Shown here: piece after piece, positions 38,498-47,803 of the stretch
Position numbering within the stretch: position 1 is the first letter of the stretch
Layout of the letters: each line of letters opens with the position of its first letter
Assembly: GCA_963780525.1 (NCBI GenBank)
Contig: CAWACN010000023.1
Coordinates: 136 to 64,135, forward strand
DNA: 64,000 bases
Direction: 5' to 3'
From: an uncultured Acidimicrobiaceae bacterium
GTDB lineage: Bacteria; Actinomycetota; Acidimicrobiia; Acidimicrobiales; RAAP-2
Translations under genes and position numbers: made by a program
Notes under the pieces: generated by a model
The model's input: the letters and a program-made list of their open reading frames with translations, nothing else
Databases searched by the model: none
What the model was told of the DNA's origin: nothing

Positions 38498-39349
38498 GTG
38501 GCAGAGCCCTCGACCGGGAGCGACCAGAGCAGCGGACCCGTGATCCTGACCGACGTGGTCGACCATGTGGGAACCATCACTTTGAACCGCCCCAGCCGGC
38601 GCAACGCGCTCGACGGCGAGCTCATCGGCGCGCTCGACGGTGCAGTGCAACAGATGGCTGAGGATCCCGACGTGAGAGTCGTGATCCTCACCGGCGCGGC
38701 GGCCGAAGGCCACCTCGGTGGCTTCTGCTCCGGGGGCGACATCAAGAGCGGAGCCCGGGGTGCCCCGGGCAGCGAGAAGGGCGTCCCTCCGGATGCTCTC
38801 TCCGGCGACCTCTCCCGCCATGATCACCACGCCGCCATGCGGCTCCATCTCATGCCGAAACCGACCATCGCGATGGTCGGCGGCCCGGCCGTGGGAGCCG
38901 GCTGCAGTCTGGCCGCGGCCTGCGACCTCCGCTTCGCATCGGACGACGTGGTCTTCTCGGCGGGCTTCCTGCCCAACGGCCTCGCAGGCGACTACGGCGG
39001 CTCCTTCTTCTGGACCCGCATCGGAGGAACGGGGCTCGCCCGGCGCCTGTACCTGCTCAACGAGAAGATCGGAGCTCCCGAGGCACTGACGCTCGGCATG
39101 GTGCACGCCGTCGTCGCTCCCGAACAGCTCCGCTCCTACGCCGATGGCGTCGCCCGTCAACTCGTGCGGGCTCCCGCCAGCGTGCTCGCCCTGGTAAAGG
39201 ACAATCTCAACGCAGCCGAAGACGAGGTCGAGCGGCGGCGCTGGCTGTTCGCGCACGAGGCGGAGAATCAGAGAACCGCCGGCCATGGCCTTCTCGAGCG
39301 CCTGGCACGCACACAAGCGGGGGCAGACCGGCCTCCGGAGCGTTCATGA
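38498..39349 (+). CDS. enoyl-CoA hydratase/isomerase
   Basis: It shows VGTITLNRPSRRNAL...GFCSGGDI...GPAVGAGCSLAAACD and starts with GTG. The C-terminal tail is atypical but in frame. Confidence 0.85.
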   Translation: MAEPSTGSDQSSGPVILTDVVDHVGTITLNRPSRRNALDGELIGALDGAVQQMAEDPDVRVVILTGAAAEGHLGGFCSGGDIKSGARGAPGSEKGVPPDALSGDLSRHDHHAAMRLHLMPKPTIAMVGGPAVGAGCSLAAACDLRFASDDVVFSAGFLPNGLAGDYGGSFFWTRIGGTGLARRLYLLNEKIGAPEALTLGMVHAVVAPEQLRSYADGVARQLVRAPASVLALVKDNLNAAEDEVERRRWLFAHEAENQRTAGHGLLERLARTQAGADRPPERS

Positions 39350-39619
39350 TCGCGCGGCAGCGTGGTCCGCCGTTACTTCGAAGGCGCTGACGCCGGAGAG
39401 TGGGTCGATGCGGCCAGGTGCGACACCACCGGACTCGCGGGCGAGCGCAGGCCGCCTGACACCGCGGCCAGAGGACCGCTCCAGACTGCGACCGTGGCAG
39501 CAAGCCCACACAGGACGGTGCCGGCAATGACGCCACCTCGGACTCTCCTCATCCGTGCACTGTCGTCCCGCAACATTTGAAGAGTGCCAGGAAAGTGTAA
39601 GAAGGCTCGAAGATTCTCG

Positions 39620-39644
39620 TCAGGCTCGGCCTGCGCCAGCCTGA
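39620..39644 (-). terminator. hairpin TCAGGCT-N11-AGCCTGA downstream of the dehydratase gene
   Basis: It has a 7-bp stem starting 5 nt after the stop at 39649 (minus strand) and has no U-tract. Confidence 0.35.
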
Positions 39645-39648
39645 AGAC

Positions 39649-40932
39649 TCAGACCTCGCCCGCCGTCCCGCGATCCGCCACGATCTCGTGGTGTCGCTCG
39701 AGCATCTGCACCGCCTGCGCCGCCAGATCGGCCGGGGGATCGGGCAGGCGGACCGGACCGTGTGCACGGCTCGGTAGCGCCACGGTGGCTTTCGCCGGAC
39801 AGGTCACGGTGTCGCGCTGGTTCGTGCCCCGCATTTCGATGTCGACGACGCAGCGACCGTCCTCCTGCCGCTTGTCGACGACCTCGCCTGTCAGGACGTG
39901 CGTATCGCCGATGTAGTTGAACTTCCGGATCTCCGAAGATTGTGAGACCAGCCAGCCGTCGTCGCCGATGTAGTCCGTCATGAAGTGACTGAGCCAGCAG
40001 TCGCGCATCACGCCGTAGTCATAGGCCATCGGGTTGCCGATGGCCTGGGCCCAGGCGTTGTCCCAGTGCACCCGTTGCGCGACGTCGGGGATCCCGTACT
40101 CGTTCTTGACGTAGAACGGCGCGATGCGTTGCCGGTTCTTGTACGCGATGCGATTGGCGCAGGGCTCGTAGGGGACGAAGCCGTAGCCGCCGGCGTGGAA
40201 CACGATCATGTCGGTCGTCGTGAGCGGCCCCTTGGCCATCGGGTTGAGCACGTCGCCCACGTGCACGTCCTCCCAGTGCCGCGGCGTCGCGCCCTGGACT
40301 TCTTCGGCAGCGTAGATCGCGTCGATCCGCTCCATGTCCTGCTCGCTGTAGACGGCGGGCTCAATGGAGGAATACTTCCCTTTCTCGCGTGCTGTCTTGC
40401 GCTCGGTGTAGATGGCAAGCGTGCGCGAGATGGCGACGATCTCGGCCCGCTGGTTCATCTTCACGCTGGTGTAGGTCGTCAACAGGGAGCGCTCGGCGAA
40501 CTCGGACTTCTTCTCGACCACGGACTCGGTGCCGCCGAAGCTGTAGAGACCGTCGCCCTCCTGGAGGGGGCGGAACCATTGCCAGGTGCTCCCGGAGACG
40601 AAGACGTGGATGCCGCGGAACGACGGTCGCTTGAGCTTCTCCTTGTGTGGGTCGCCGTAGAGGGGACGGTTCAACGCGATGGCGATCATGGGTGGCGAGA
40701 TCTGCCCACCCCAGCGGGTCGTCGTCCCGTACTCCTCCGAGGTGAACAATGGGTTGTCGTCGCCGTAGCCACGAGCGAAGTTGCGCATCACGTCGGGCGT
40801 GGCCGTGGTCAGGAACTCCCGGCCACCGACGGGTGACCAGCGGCCCACGAGCGCCTTGGCCCGCTCGATGTCCTCGTCCTTGAACTGGTAGTCGGTGGCC
40901 TTCTCGAACTCTGCAGATGTGCTGGACGCCAT
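39649..40932 (-). CDS. MaoC/FAS1-like double hot-dog acyl dehydratase (enoyl-CoA hydratase type)
   Basis: The N-terminal half is DVMRNFARGYGDDNPLFTSEEYGTTTRWGGQISPPMI. The C-terminal half is HWEDVHVGDVLNPMAKGPLTTTDMIVFHAGGYGF. GAAGAGGAG precedes the ATG. Confidence 0.75.
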   Translation of the reverse strand: MASSTSAEFEKATDYQFKDEDIERAKALVGRWSPVGGREFLTTATPDVMRNFARGYGDDNPLFTSEEYGTTTRWGGQISPPMIAIALNRPLYGDPHKEKLKRPSFRGIHVFVSGSTWQWFRPLQEGDGLYSFGGTESVVEKKSEFAERSLLTTYTSVKMNQRAEIVAISRTLAIYTERKTAREKGKYSSIEPAVYSEQDMERIDAIYAAEEVQGATPRHWEDVHVGDVLNPMAKGPLTTTDMIVFHAGGYGFVPYEPCANRIAYKNRQRIAPFYVKNEYGIPDVAQRVHWDNAWAQAIGNPMAYDYGVMRDCWLSHFMTDYIGDDGWLVSQSSEIRKFNYIGDTHVLTGEVVDKRQEDGRCVVDIEMRGTNQRDTVTCPAKATVALPSRAHGPVRLPDPPADLAAQAVQMLERHHEIVADRGTAGEV

Positions 40933-40977
40933 GGCTCCTCTTCTTGCAGCCCGGGGCCTGGGTCGGCCGCTGCGCCT

Positions 40978-40993
40978 AAAGAGGATACTAAAA
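40978..40993. promoter_or_regulatory. box AAAGAGGATACTAAAA (left arm and spacer conserved)
   Basis: It shares the 12-mer AAAGAGGATACT with the 32482/28556 boxes and lies 46-61 nt upstream of the dehydratase ATG. On the gene strand it contains TAGTAT. Confidence 0.45.
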
Positions 40994-41044
40994 GCCGATC
41001 AAGGCGGCCACCTCCCGGGCGGCCCTCGAACCCGACCGACCAGG

Positions 41045-42475
41045 TCAGCGCATGAGCGACCCGAGCGCCTCGAGGTGCCGCCGCATGCGGTGGCGCGCCA
41101 GCTCGCGGTCGCCGGCCGCCACGGCCTCGGCGATCCCGGTGTGGGTGCGCAGGACCTCCGCCTGGATCTGGCGCTGCATTTTCGGAGCAAGTCGCTCAAT
41201 CTGGTGCAGGCGGCTGAGCCGGATGAGGACGAGCGCGACGAGGAAGAGCACCCGGTTCTGGGCGGCGGCCGCCACCGCCGCGTGCAGGTCGTGCACCGCC
41301 TCCACCCGCTCGGCGTCCGTGGCGTTCTCCTCACGGGTCAAGGCGTCGCGCAGGCCGGCGATGCCCGCCTCGTCGATGCGTTCCGCCGCCAAGTCGGTGA
41401 TGGCAACCTCGACCCCGGTCCGCATTTCTGCCAGCTCGTCCAGGCGCATGCCGCGGCGGGCCAGGAAGATGGCGGCCACCTCTGTGACCGCGTCAGCACT
41501 CGGTGCCAGTACGAAGAGGCCGCCGCCGGGACCCCGCCGCATGCGGGCGACGTGGTGATGTTCAAGCAGCCGCACCGCCTCGCGGAGCAGTGCTCGGCTC
41601 ACGCCTTCCCGGGCGATCAGCTCGGGCTCCGTCCCCACCAGATCTCCGGGCTGCAGATCCTCGGCCACGATGGTCTGGGTGATGTGACGGGCCACCGTCT
41701 CGGCGCCCTTGCCGAGACCCGAGTCTGCGAGCACCACCGAGTCGGGCAGCAGCTGGCGGGTCGAACGGCGACGGCGGAAGAACTCGGCCTCGGCCTGGAG
41801 ATGCTTGCGCATCCGATTCCGGGCCAGTCCCCCGTCGCCGGCCATCACGGCTTCGGCGATCATGGCGTGCGCGTGAACGGCCTCTTTCTCCACGTTGCTG
41901 CCGAGCCGTCGCCAATCGGGCGAGTAGAGCTGGGCCACCTGGTTGAACACATCGACGAAGAGGGCAAGGCCGGCGTTGTGGCTGCTGGCGGCCACCAGCG
42001 CGTGCAACTCGCGCGGGTCGCGTTCGGACTCGACCGGTTCGCTGTGGGCGAAGCGCCGCAACTCGGACAACTCCACCTCGTCGGTCCGTTCGGACGCGAG
42101 CTGGGCGGCGAGCTCCTCCAAAATGATGCGGGCCTCGAAGATCTCGTCGAGCCGGGCGTCCACCCTGTGCAGATAGAGGACGACCGCGTCGATTACCGCA
42201 TCGATCGTCGGTTCGGTGATGACGAGGCCGCCGCCCGGACCCCGACGGGTGCGGGCGACCTGCTGGTGTTCGAGCAGGCGGACCGCCTCCCGGAACACGG
42301 CGCGACTCACCTGGTAGCGCTCCAGCAGGTCGGCCTCCGACCCGAGCACCACTCCGACCGGCCAGCCCATGGCCATGACGTCCTCGATGATGCAGTCGGC
42401 CACCTTGGCCGCCCGCTTGGCGTTGGAGTCCGCCCCGGGCCGCGGCATTTCACGGTCAGCCGCCGGCATCGTCAT
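41045..42475 (-). CDS. tandem-duplicated GntR/FadR-type regulator (paralog of 16257..17714)
   Basis: Repeat 1 is LLERYQVSRAVFREAVRLLEHQQVARTRRGPGGGLVITEPT...ARNRMRKHLQAEAEFF. Repeat 2 is LIAREGVSRALLREAVRLLEHHHVARMRRGPGGGLFVLAPS...ARHRMRRHLEALGSLM. Confidence 0.85.
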   Translation of the reverse strand: MTMPAADREMPRPGADSNAKRAAKVADCIIEDVMAMGWPVGVVLGSEADLLERYQVSRAVFREAVRLLEHQQVARTRRGPGGGLVITEPTIDAVIDAVVLYLHRVDARLDEIFEARIILEELAAQLASERTDEVELSELRRFAHSEPVESERDPRELHALVAASSHNAGLALFVDVFNQVAQLYSPDWRRLGSNVEKEAVHAHAMIAEAVMAGDGGLARNRMRKHLQAEAEFFRRRRSTRQLLPDSVVLADSGLGKGAETVARHITQTIVAEDLQPGDLVGTEPELIAREGVSRALLREAVRLLEHHHVARMRRGPGGGLFVLAPSADAVTEVAAIFLARRGMRLDELAEMRTGVEVAITDLAAERIDEAGIAGLRDALTREENATDAERVEAVHDLHAAVAAAAQNRVLFLVALVLIRLSRLHQIERLAPKMQRQIQAEVLRTHTGIAEAVAAGDRELARHRMRRHLEALGSLMR

Positions 42476-42576
42476 CGGGCAAGCCTACCCCCCGCCCCCT
42501 CCTCACTCACTCCCTTTGACCTGCATGTTCGCCAAAAGAGTGGACCGAAAAGCTGGGCCCGGACCCGGGCGTGATT

Positions 42577-42589
42577 ATGTTGAAAACAT
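42577..42589. promoter_or_regulatory. A/T-rich palindrome ATGTT-GAA-AACAT (candidate operator)
   Basis: It lies 34 nt upstream of the DUF2889 ATG, in the 147-bp divergent gap. The downstream TetR is the obvious candidate binder. Confidence 0.3.
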
Positions 42590-42622
42590 GATTTTCGAAG
42601 ACCCACGGCACCGACGACGCCC

Positions 42623-43630
42623 ATGAGCTCGCTCCTGGCCCCCGCCCCCAACGATCCCGTCGCCACGCCGCCGGCCCGGCGCCCCGGCTCTGTCCGTCGC
42701 ACCTCGACGATGCTGATGTCCTGGCCCGGGGGCCTGGGGACGGAATTGCACCTGAACGGTCGCGCCCGTGATCTCCTCACGCCCGTCGCCGGCGAGCCCC
42801 TCGTGCTCGCCGCCACCACCCTCGACGCCGTCACGGGCCAGACACACGACATTCAGCGGATCGAAGCAGAGCCGGGCGTCGAGGAGTTGCAGCGACTCAT
42901 CGGCAGACGGGCGAGAGGCAACCTGCGCAAGGCCATCGCGGAGGAGCTCCCGCAAGAAGTGGAAGCCGGGACCCCGCTGTACCTCCTCCTCGACGACTTG
43001 GCCGGCGCGGCGCTGATCTCCGGCTTTGCCTTCTTCGTCTGGGCCGACGAGATCCCGGGGTTCCACGAACGGATGGCCGCCGCACCGCCCGTCATGATCG
43101 GCGTCTGTTCGGGTTTCCAGGAAGGATCGAGTGCGCTGAACCCGGATGGCACGCTCAAGAGTGTGAGCAAGAACACCGGACGCCCGGGGCCGCTGGTCGA
43201 TCCTGCTGACCCGCTCGGCTGGCACGAGCTCCCCGACCATCCCGAAATCGCCATGCGCCGGGCCCGCAGGATCGACGTGTGGGAGGAGAGCGGAGATATC
43301 CGGATCGACGCCATGTTCCGCGACAGCTGTTGGAATCCGGCGGGCGAGGAAGAGGTCGTGCACGAGTACGAGATCCTCGGCACGGCGGATCCGGAAACCG
43401 GGACACTCACGTCGGTGACCGCCGTCCCTCGCGTGCTGCCCTACCCCGAATGCCCCGGAGCGGCACCGAACGCCACATGGATGGAAGGGACGCCGCTGCG
43501 CGTCATGCGCCGCCAGGTCTTGGAACGTCTGCGCGACACCAACTGCTGCACCCATCTCAACGACGGGTTGCGCGCCCTGGCCGAGGTGCCGGTCCTGGCC
43601 GCCATGCTCCCGGACAATCCGGCGCACTGA
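42623..43630 (+). CDS. DUF2889-like protein
   Basis: 335 aa with the C-terminal NCCTHLNDGLRALAEVP motif that I associate with DUF2889. Composition is normal. Confidence 0.65.
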   Translation: MSSLLAPAPNDPVATPPARRPGSVRRTSTMLMSWPGGLGTELHLNGRARDLLTPVAGEPLVLAATTLDAVTGQTHDIQRIEAEPGVEELQRLIGRRARGNLRKAIAEELPQEVEAGTPLYLLLDDLAGAALISGFAFFVWADEIPGFHERMAAAPPVMIGVCSGFQEGSSALNPDGTLKSVSKNTGRPGPLVDPADPLGWHELPDHPEIAMRRARRIDVWEESGDIRIDAMFRDSCWNPAGEEEVVHEYEILGTADPETGTLTSVTAVPRVLPYPECPGAAPNATWMEGTPLRVMRRQVLERLRDTNCCTHLNDGLRALAEVPVLAAMLPDNPAH

Positions 43631-43636
43631 CCACCC

Positions 43637-44290
43637 GTGGGTAACGCCGACATCGCCCCTGCGGTGCCTGCGGCGCGGAGTGGCCGGCCCCGGCGCTTCG
43701 AGGCCGACGACGAGCTCCGCATCCTCCTTGACGCTGCGCTCGTGGTCATGGAGCGCAACGGCTACACCGACGCGGCCGTGGCCGACATCCTCGACGAGGC
43801 TGCTCTGTCGACACGCTCGTTCTACCGCCACTTCGAGTCCAAGGATCAGCTTCTCTGCGCGCTCTTCCGCCGCGAGGCCGACGCGGCGGCAGAGCGCCTC
43901 CGCGCCAAGGTCGATGCCACTCGAACCCCCCGAGAGGCGCTGCGTGTGTGGATCGACGAGATCCTCAGCTTCGGGCACGACGGGGCCAAGGCGGCTCGCA
44001 TGCGCGTGCTGGGATCTCCCGGCGCCATGAGGGCCGAGGGGTACGCGCGGGAGATGCGCCATGCGGCGCGGATCCTGACGGCGCCACTGCAGGACCTTCT
44101 CTGCCGAGGGGCCGCCGACGGCTCCTTTCCCGGCGCCGACCCGGCGGCCGACGCGCCCCTGATTCAGTCGGTCGTCTGGGCCGCCGCGGGGCTCAACGCG
44201 GCCCGGGACATGCCGTCCTCACGAGCCCATGCCGCGCGCCAGGTGCGATCGTTCTGCGAGCGCGCGTTGGGGGTCACCACCGCGACCTGA
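43637..44290 (+). CDS. TetR/AcrR family transcriptional regulator
   Basis: The HTH region ILLDAALVVMERNGYTDAAVADILDEAALSTRSFYRHFESKDQLL is present. The GTG start is 6 nt after the DUF2889 stop. Confidence 0.9.
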   Translation: MGNADIAPAVPAARSGRPRRFEADDELRILLDAALVVMERNGYTDAAVADILDEAALSTRSFYRHFESKDQLLCALFRREADAAAERLRAKVDATRTPREALRVWIDEILSFGHDGAKAARMRVLGSPGAMRAEGYAREMRHAARILTAPLQDLLCRGAADGSFPGADPAADAPLIQSVVWAAAGLNAARDMPSSRAHAARQVRSFCERALGVTTAT

Positions 44291-44304
44291 CGAGCCCGAC
44301 GGCG

Positions 44305-45405
44305 TCAGAGCGTGGCGCGCTCCGTCAAGGACCACAGGGCCGGCTCACCATCGCTGACTTCCACCGCTCCGTCGATCTCGAGCACGCGGAGGTGGGAGAC
44401 GGCCTCGCCCACCGCGGCCCGGCGCATGAACCCGGCGATGTCGTCCCAGGGCCGAGACCACTTCATGTGCTGCGCCACGTCCCAGGCACTGTGTGGGCCT
44501 TCCCGCAGAATCGCCACGACCTCGCCGAAACGGTCGCGGTGGTGCTGGCGCAACTCCTCCAGCCGGGCGTGCAGGTCGTCGAAGCGGTACTCGTGCGCCG
44601 GCAGCACCTCGCGCACCGTGTAGGGCTCCAGCTTGTCGAGTGACGCCAGGTAGTCCCCCAACGGGTTGGCTCCGGCCTGGGGGTGGTAGGGGATGTTCGG
44701 CGTGATGCGCGGCAGCACGTGGTCACCCGAGAGCATCAGCTCCTGCGTCGCTTCGTAGAAGCACAGGTGTCCGGGCGAGTGGCCCGGCGTCCAGATGGCG
44801 GTGAGGTCCCAGCCGGGCACCTCCGGCCGCGCCCCGTCCTCGAAGAGGATGTCGGGCACGACGGCATCGACCAGCTGCCGCACCGGCATCGCCGCGTTCT
44901 GCAGCGGCTCGAGCTCCTCGTCCGGTGCGCCCATCCGTCGCAGGGCGGCAGCCACCCGGTCCAGCAGGTCGTCGGGCTCGTCGTAGCGGTCGTGGATGAG
45001 CTCCGCGTCGGCCGGGTGCAACGAGATCCAGGCGCCCGAGGCCTCCCGGATGCGGCCGGCCAGCCCGTAGTGATCGGGGTGGATGTGGGTCACCAGAACG
45101 CCCTGCACGTCAGCGATGTCGCAGCCCACCTCCTTCATGCCTGTCGACAAGGCGCCGAAGGCGTCATCGGTGTTCCAACCGGCGTCGATTAGGTAGGGCC
45201 CGCGGTCGGTCTCGAAGACATAGACCAGCACGTACCGCAACGAGTTGTTCGGCAGCGGGACCGGAATGCTCCACAGGCCATCGCGGACCTTCTCGACGCC
45301 GGGGAAGGGATCATTGGCTGCGGCGGCGCCCCGCGCCCGCTGTGCGTGCGGCGGGCCCGGGGGCGGATGCGAATGTGTGTGTTCGTGACGCGACGTCTCG
45401 GTCAC
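44305..45405 (-). CDS. MBL-fold metallo-hydrolase
   Basis: The HxHxDH motif appears in VLVTHIHPDHYGLAG, plus TPGHSPGH. The GTG start overlaps the upstream ACAD stop (GTGA). Confidence 0.9.
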   Translation of the reverse strand: MTETSRHEHTHSHPPPGPPHAQRARGAAAANDPFPGVEKVRDGLWSIPVPLPNNSLRYVLVYVFETDRGPYLIDAGWNTDDAFGALSTGMKEVGCDIADVQGVLVTHIHPDHYGLAGRIREASGAWISLHPADAELIHDRYDEPDDLLDRVAAALRRMGAPDEELEPLQNAAMPVRQLVDAVVPDILFEDGARPEVPGWDLTAIWTPGHSPGHLCFYEATQELMLSGDHVLPRITPNIPYHPQAGANPLGDYLASLDKLEPYTVREVLPAHEYRFDDLHARLEELRQHHRDRFGEVVAILREGPHSAWDVAQHMKWSRPWDDIAGFMRRAAVGEAVSHLRVLEIDGAVEVSDGEPALWSLTERATL

Positions 45406-46622
45406 GATCGGGACTGGGTCGGCGACGGCCCTCGGGGCTCCCGGGGCAGGCCCAGCCCCCGCTCGGCAATCAGGTTGCGCATGATCTCGTTCGACCCTCC
45501 TGCAATGGTCCAGGCACGAGCGTAAAGGAAGGCGTCCTGCCAGCGCCCATCGTCCTCGGCCAGCTCGTCACCCTCGACCGCCATGGACCGCGGGCCCAGC
45601 AGGGCCAGGGCCGCCTCCGTCGTTTCCAGGTTCAGCTCGCTGAACCAGATTTTGGCGATCGGGGCGTCGGCCGGCGTGATCTGGCCTTTCATCGCCTTGG
45701 TCGCCATGGCCTGCCCCAGATGACGCTGAATCCGGGATCGGGCCGCCAGATCGCCGATCTGCTGGCGCACCGCTCCGTCCTCGATCGCCGGCCGACCGTG
45801 CCGCCGGGTGCGGCGAGCGAGCCGGACCAGCCGCTGCCCGGGGTCGTTCCCGCCACCGCCACCGGCACCGCCCACACCCGTGCGCTCTTCGGCCAGGCTG
45901 GCCCCGGCGACGCGCCAACCCTGGCCGGGCGCACCGATGACGTTGGTGGCGGGGATGCGCACCTCGTCGAAGAAGACCTCGTTGAAGTCGGTCGTGCCGG
46001 TCATTTCGCGGAGCGGGCGAACGTCGACGCCGGGACTGTGCATGTCGAGGATGAACGCGGTAATGCCGCCGGCGCCCTCGACGGCCTCGGTGCGCGCCAG
46101 CAGGTAGCCGAAGTCGGCCCACTGGGCCCACGTGCTCCAGACCTTCTGCCCGATCACCACGTACTCGTCACCCACGCGGGTGGCACGGGTCTGCAACGAC
46201 GTCAGGTCGCTGCCGGCATCGGGCTCACTGAAGAGCTGGGTCCAGATGTGTTCGCCGCGCGCAATGGCGGGGAGGTAGGTGGCGCGCTGTTCGTCGGTGC
46301 CGAAGTGCTTGAGCGCACCCGCCACGAGTGGATTGCCGAGCACGGACGGGACGCCCGCCGCGCCGAGCTCCTGCTCCAGTATGCGCTGTTCGTGCGGATC
46401 GCTCTGCTCGGTCGACACGGAAAAGCGGTCCAGTCGGTACCCGGCCTCGTCGAGGTCACGCACGTACCGCCGCAGCAACACGACATCATCGGCGCGGTCC
46501 GGCACGCGCACACCGGTGCGCTGCTTCCACGTCAACGTCGGCCGGTGCGCCGCGATGAACGCTCGCAAGGCGGCCCGGTAGTCGTCATAGTCGTCCGGAA
46601 TGGGGGCGACGATCACGTCCAT
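45402..46622 (-). CDS. acyl-CoA dehydrogenase (beta-type partner of adjacent pair)
   Basis: It begins MDVIVAPIPDDYDDYRAALRAF and contains IWTQLFSEPDAGSDLTSLQTRATRVGDEYVVIGQKVWS...GGSNEIMRNLIAERGLGLPRE. The start is placed from residue 126 of track ORF 45402..46997. Confidence 0.9.
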   Translation of the reverse strand: MDVIVAPIPDDYDDYRAALRAFIAAHRPTLTWKQRTGVRVPDRADDVVLLRRYVRDLDEAGYRLDRFSVSTEQSDPHEQRILEQELGAAGVPSVLGNPLVAGALKHFGTDEQRATYLPAIARGEHIWTQLFSEPDAGSDLTSLQTRATRVGDEYVVIGQKVWSTWAQWADFGYLLARTEAVEGAGGITAFILDMHSPGVDVRPLREMTGTTDFNEVFFDEVRIPATNVIGAPGQGWRVAGASLAEERTGVGGAGGGGGNDPGQRLVRLARRTRRHGRPAIEDGAVRQQIGDLAARSRIQRHLGQAMATKAMKGQITPADAPIAKIWFSELNLETTEAALALLGPRSMAVEGDELAEDDGRWQDAFLYARAWTIAGGSNEIMRNLIAERGLGLPREPRGPSPTQSRS

Positions 46623-46626
46623 GCGC

Positions 46627-47778
46627 TCACACCTCCACCTGGGCTCCGGTTGCCACGGCAACCTCGAGGAACCGCACCAGCCGCTCGCGGTGCCACGCCC
46701 CGTCGCCGTAGAGCACCTGGTTCGCCTTGGCCCGGCGGGTGAAGAGGTGGATGTCGTGCTCCCAGGTGAAGCCGATGCCGCCGTGCAGCTGGAGCGCCTC
46801 ACCACAGATGCGGGCGAACGTGTCGTCGACGTACGCCCCGGCGGTAGCAACCGCCTCAGCCGCGTCGTCCAGGCCGTCACCGAATGCGAGGGCCGCATAG
46901 TGCGCCGCCGCACGCATCGCCTCGAGCTGGAGGAGCAGGTCGGCCAGCCGGTGCTTGATCGCCTGAAAACTGCCGATGGTCCGGCCGAACTGCACACGCT
47001 TCTTCAGGTAGTCCACGGTGGATTCGAAGACGACCTCCGCCGCGCCCACGGACTCCGCTGACTGGAGGACCGTGGCGAGGCAGATGCAGTAGTCCACCGC
47101 GTCTTGGCCGCCGGACAGCAAATTGGCGGCCGGGACGGTCACACCGCCCAAACGGACCTCGGCGAAGCGCCGCGTCACGTCGAGCCCGGACAGGGTCCGT
47201 TCCGAAAGGCCGGGACTCGGGCGTGGAACGAGGAACGAACAGAGCGCACCGTCGGGTCCGCTGGCGACAACCAGGAGCATCGAGGCGTTCCCGGCGGCCT
47301 GCACGTACCGCGACACGCCGTCGAGCCGCCACCCCCCGTCACCCGCCGGTGTCGCCCGCACCTCGACCGAGTCCGGGTCGGGCGACCCGTCGCTGCTGAG
47401 GCACCAGGCCGCCGTCGCCCGCCCGCCGGCCAATTGCGGCAAATACTCGCTGGCCTGCGCGGAGGTGCCGTAGCGGGCGATGGCGCCGGCCACCACGTTG
47501 CAGGGGACGAACGGACCAGGGTTGAGCGCCCGTCCGAGCTCCTCGCCCAGGACGATCAGGTCGACCAGCGGTTGCGCCGTCACGCTGCCGCCTCCGTAGT
47601 CGGACGGGATCAGCATGGCGGTCCATCCGAGTGCGGCGGCTTGCCGCCAGAGGTCCCCGTCGAAGACCTCGGTCTCTTCGATCGATCGCCGGATGTCGGC
47701 CAACGACTGATGCTCGGAGAGGAACCGGCGCGTGGTCGCCCGCAGCAGCTCCTGATCCTCGCCGAACCCGAAGTCCAC
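46627..47778 (-). CDS. acyl-CoA dehydrogenase (alpha-type partner of adjacent pair)
   Basis: It begins MDFGFGEDQELLRATTRRFLSEH and contains FGRTIGSFQAIKHRLADLLL...LHGGIGFTWEHDIHLFTRRA. The next ACAD starts 4 nt downstream. Confidence 0.9.
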   Translation of the reverse strand: MDFGFGEDQELLRATTRRFLSEHQSLADIRRSIEETEVFDGDLWRQAAALGWTAMLIPSDYGGGSVTAQPLVDLIVLGEELGRALNPGPFVPCNVVAGAIARYGTSAQASEYLPQLAGGRATAAWCLSSDGSPDPDSVEVRATPAGDGGWRLDGVSRYVQAAGNASMLLVVASGPDGALCSFLVPRPSPGLSERTLSGLDVTRRFAEVRLGGVTVPAANLLSGGQDAVDYCICLATVLQSAESVGAAEVVFESTVDYLKKRVQFGRTIGSFQAIKHRLADLLLQLEAMRAAAHYAALAFGDGLDDAAEAVATAGAYVDDTFARICGEALQLHGGIGFTWEHDIHLFTRRAKANQVLYGDGAWHRERLVRFLEVAVATGAQVEV

Positions 47779-47803
47779 GGTTAGCGGACCCTGACCGGGG
47801 CCA

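Noticed and set aside
39373-39576. 67-aa minus-strand ORF with a basic N-terminus and one hydrophobic helix (MRRVRGGVIAGTVLCGLAATVAVW...) in the 299-bp convergent gap.
   Set aside because: It has no Shine-Dalgarno sequence or convincing promoter, and its third-position G/C bias is lower than in real genes here. It has no lipobox or recognisable family. It might still be a small membrane protein, but the sequence alone does not support it.
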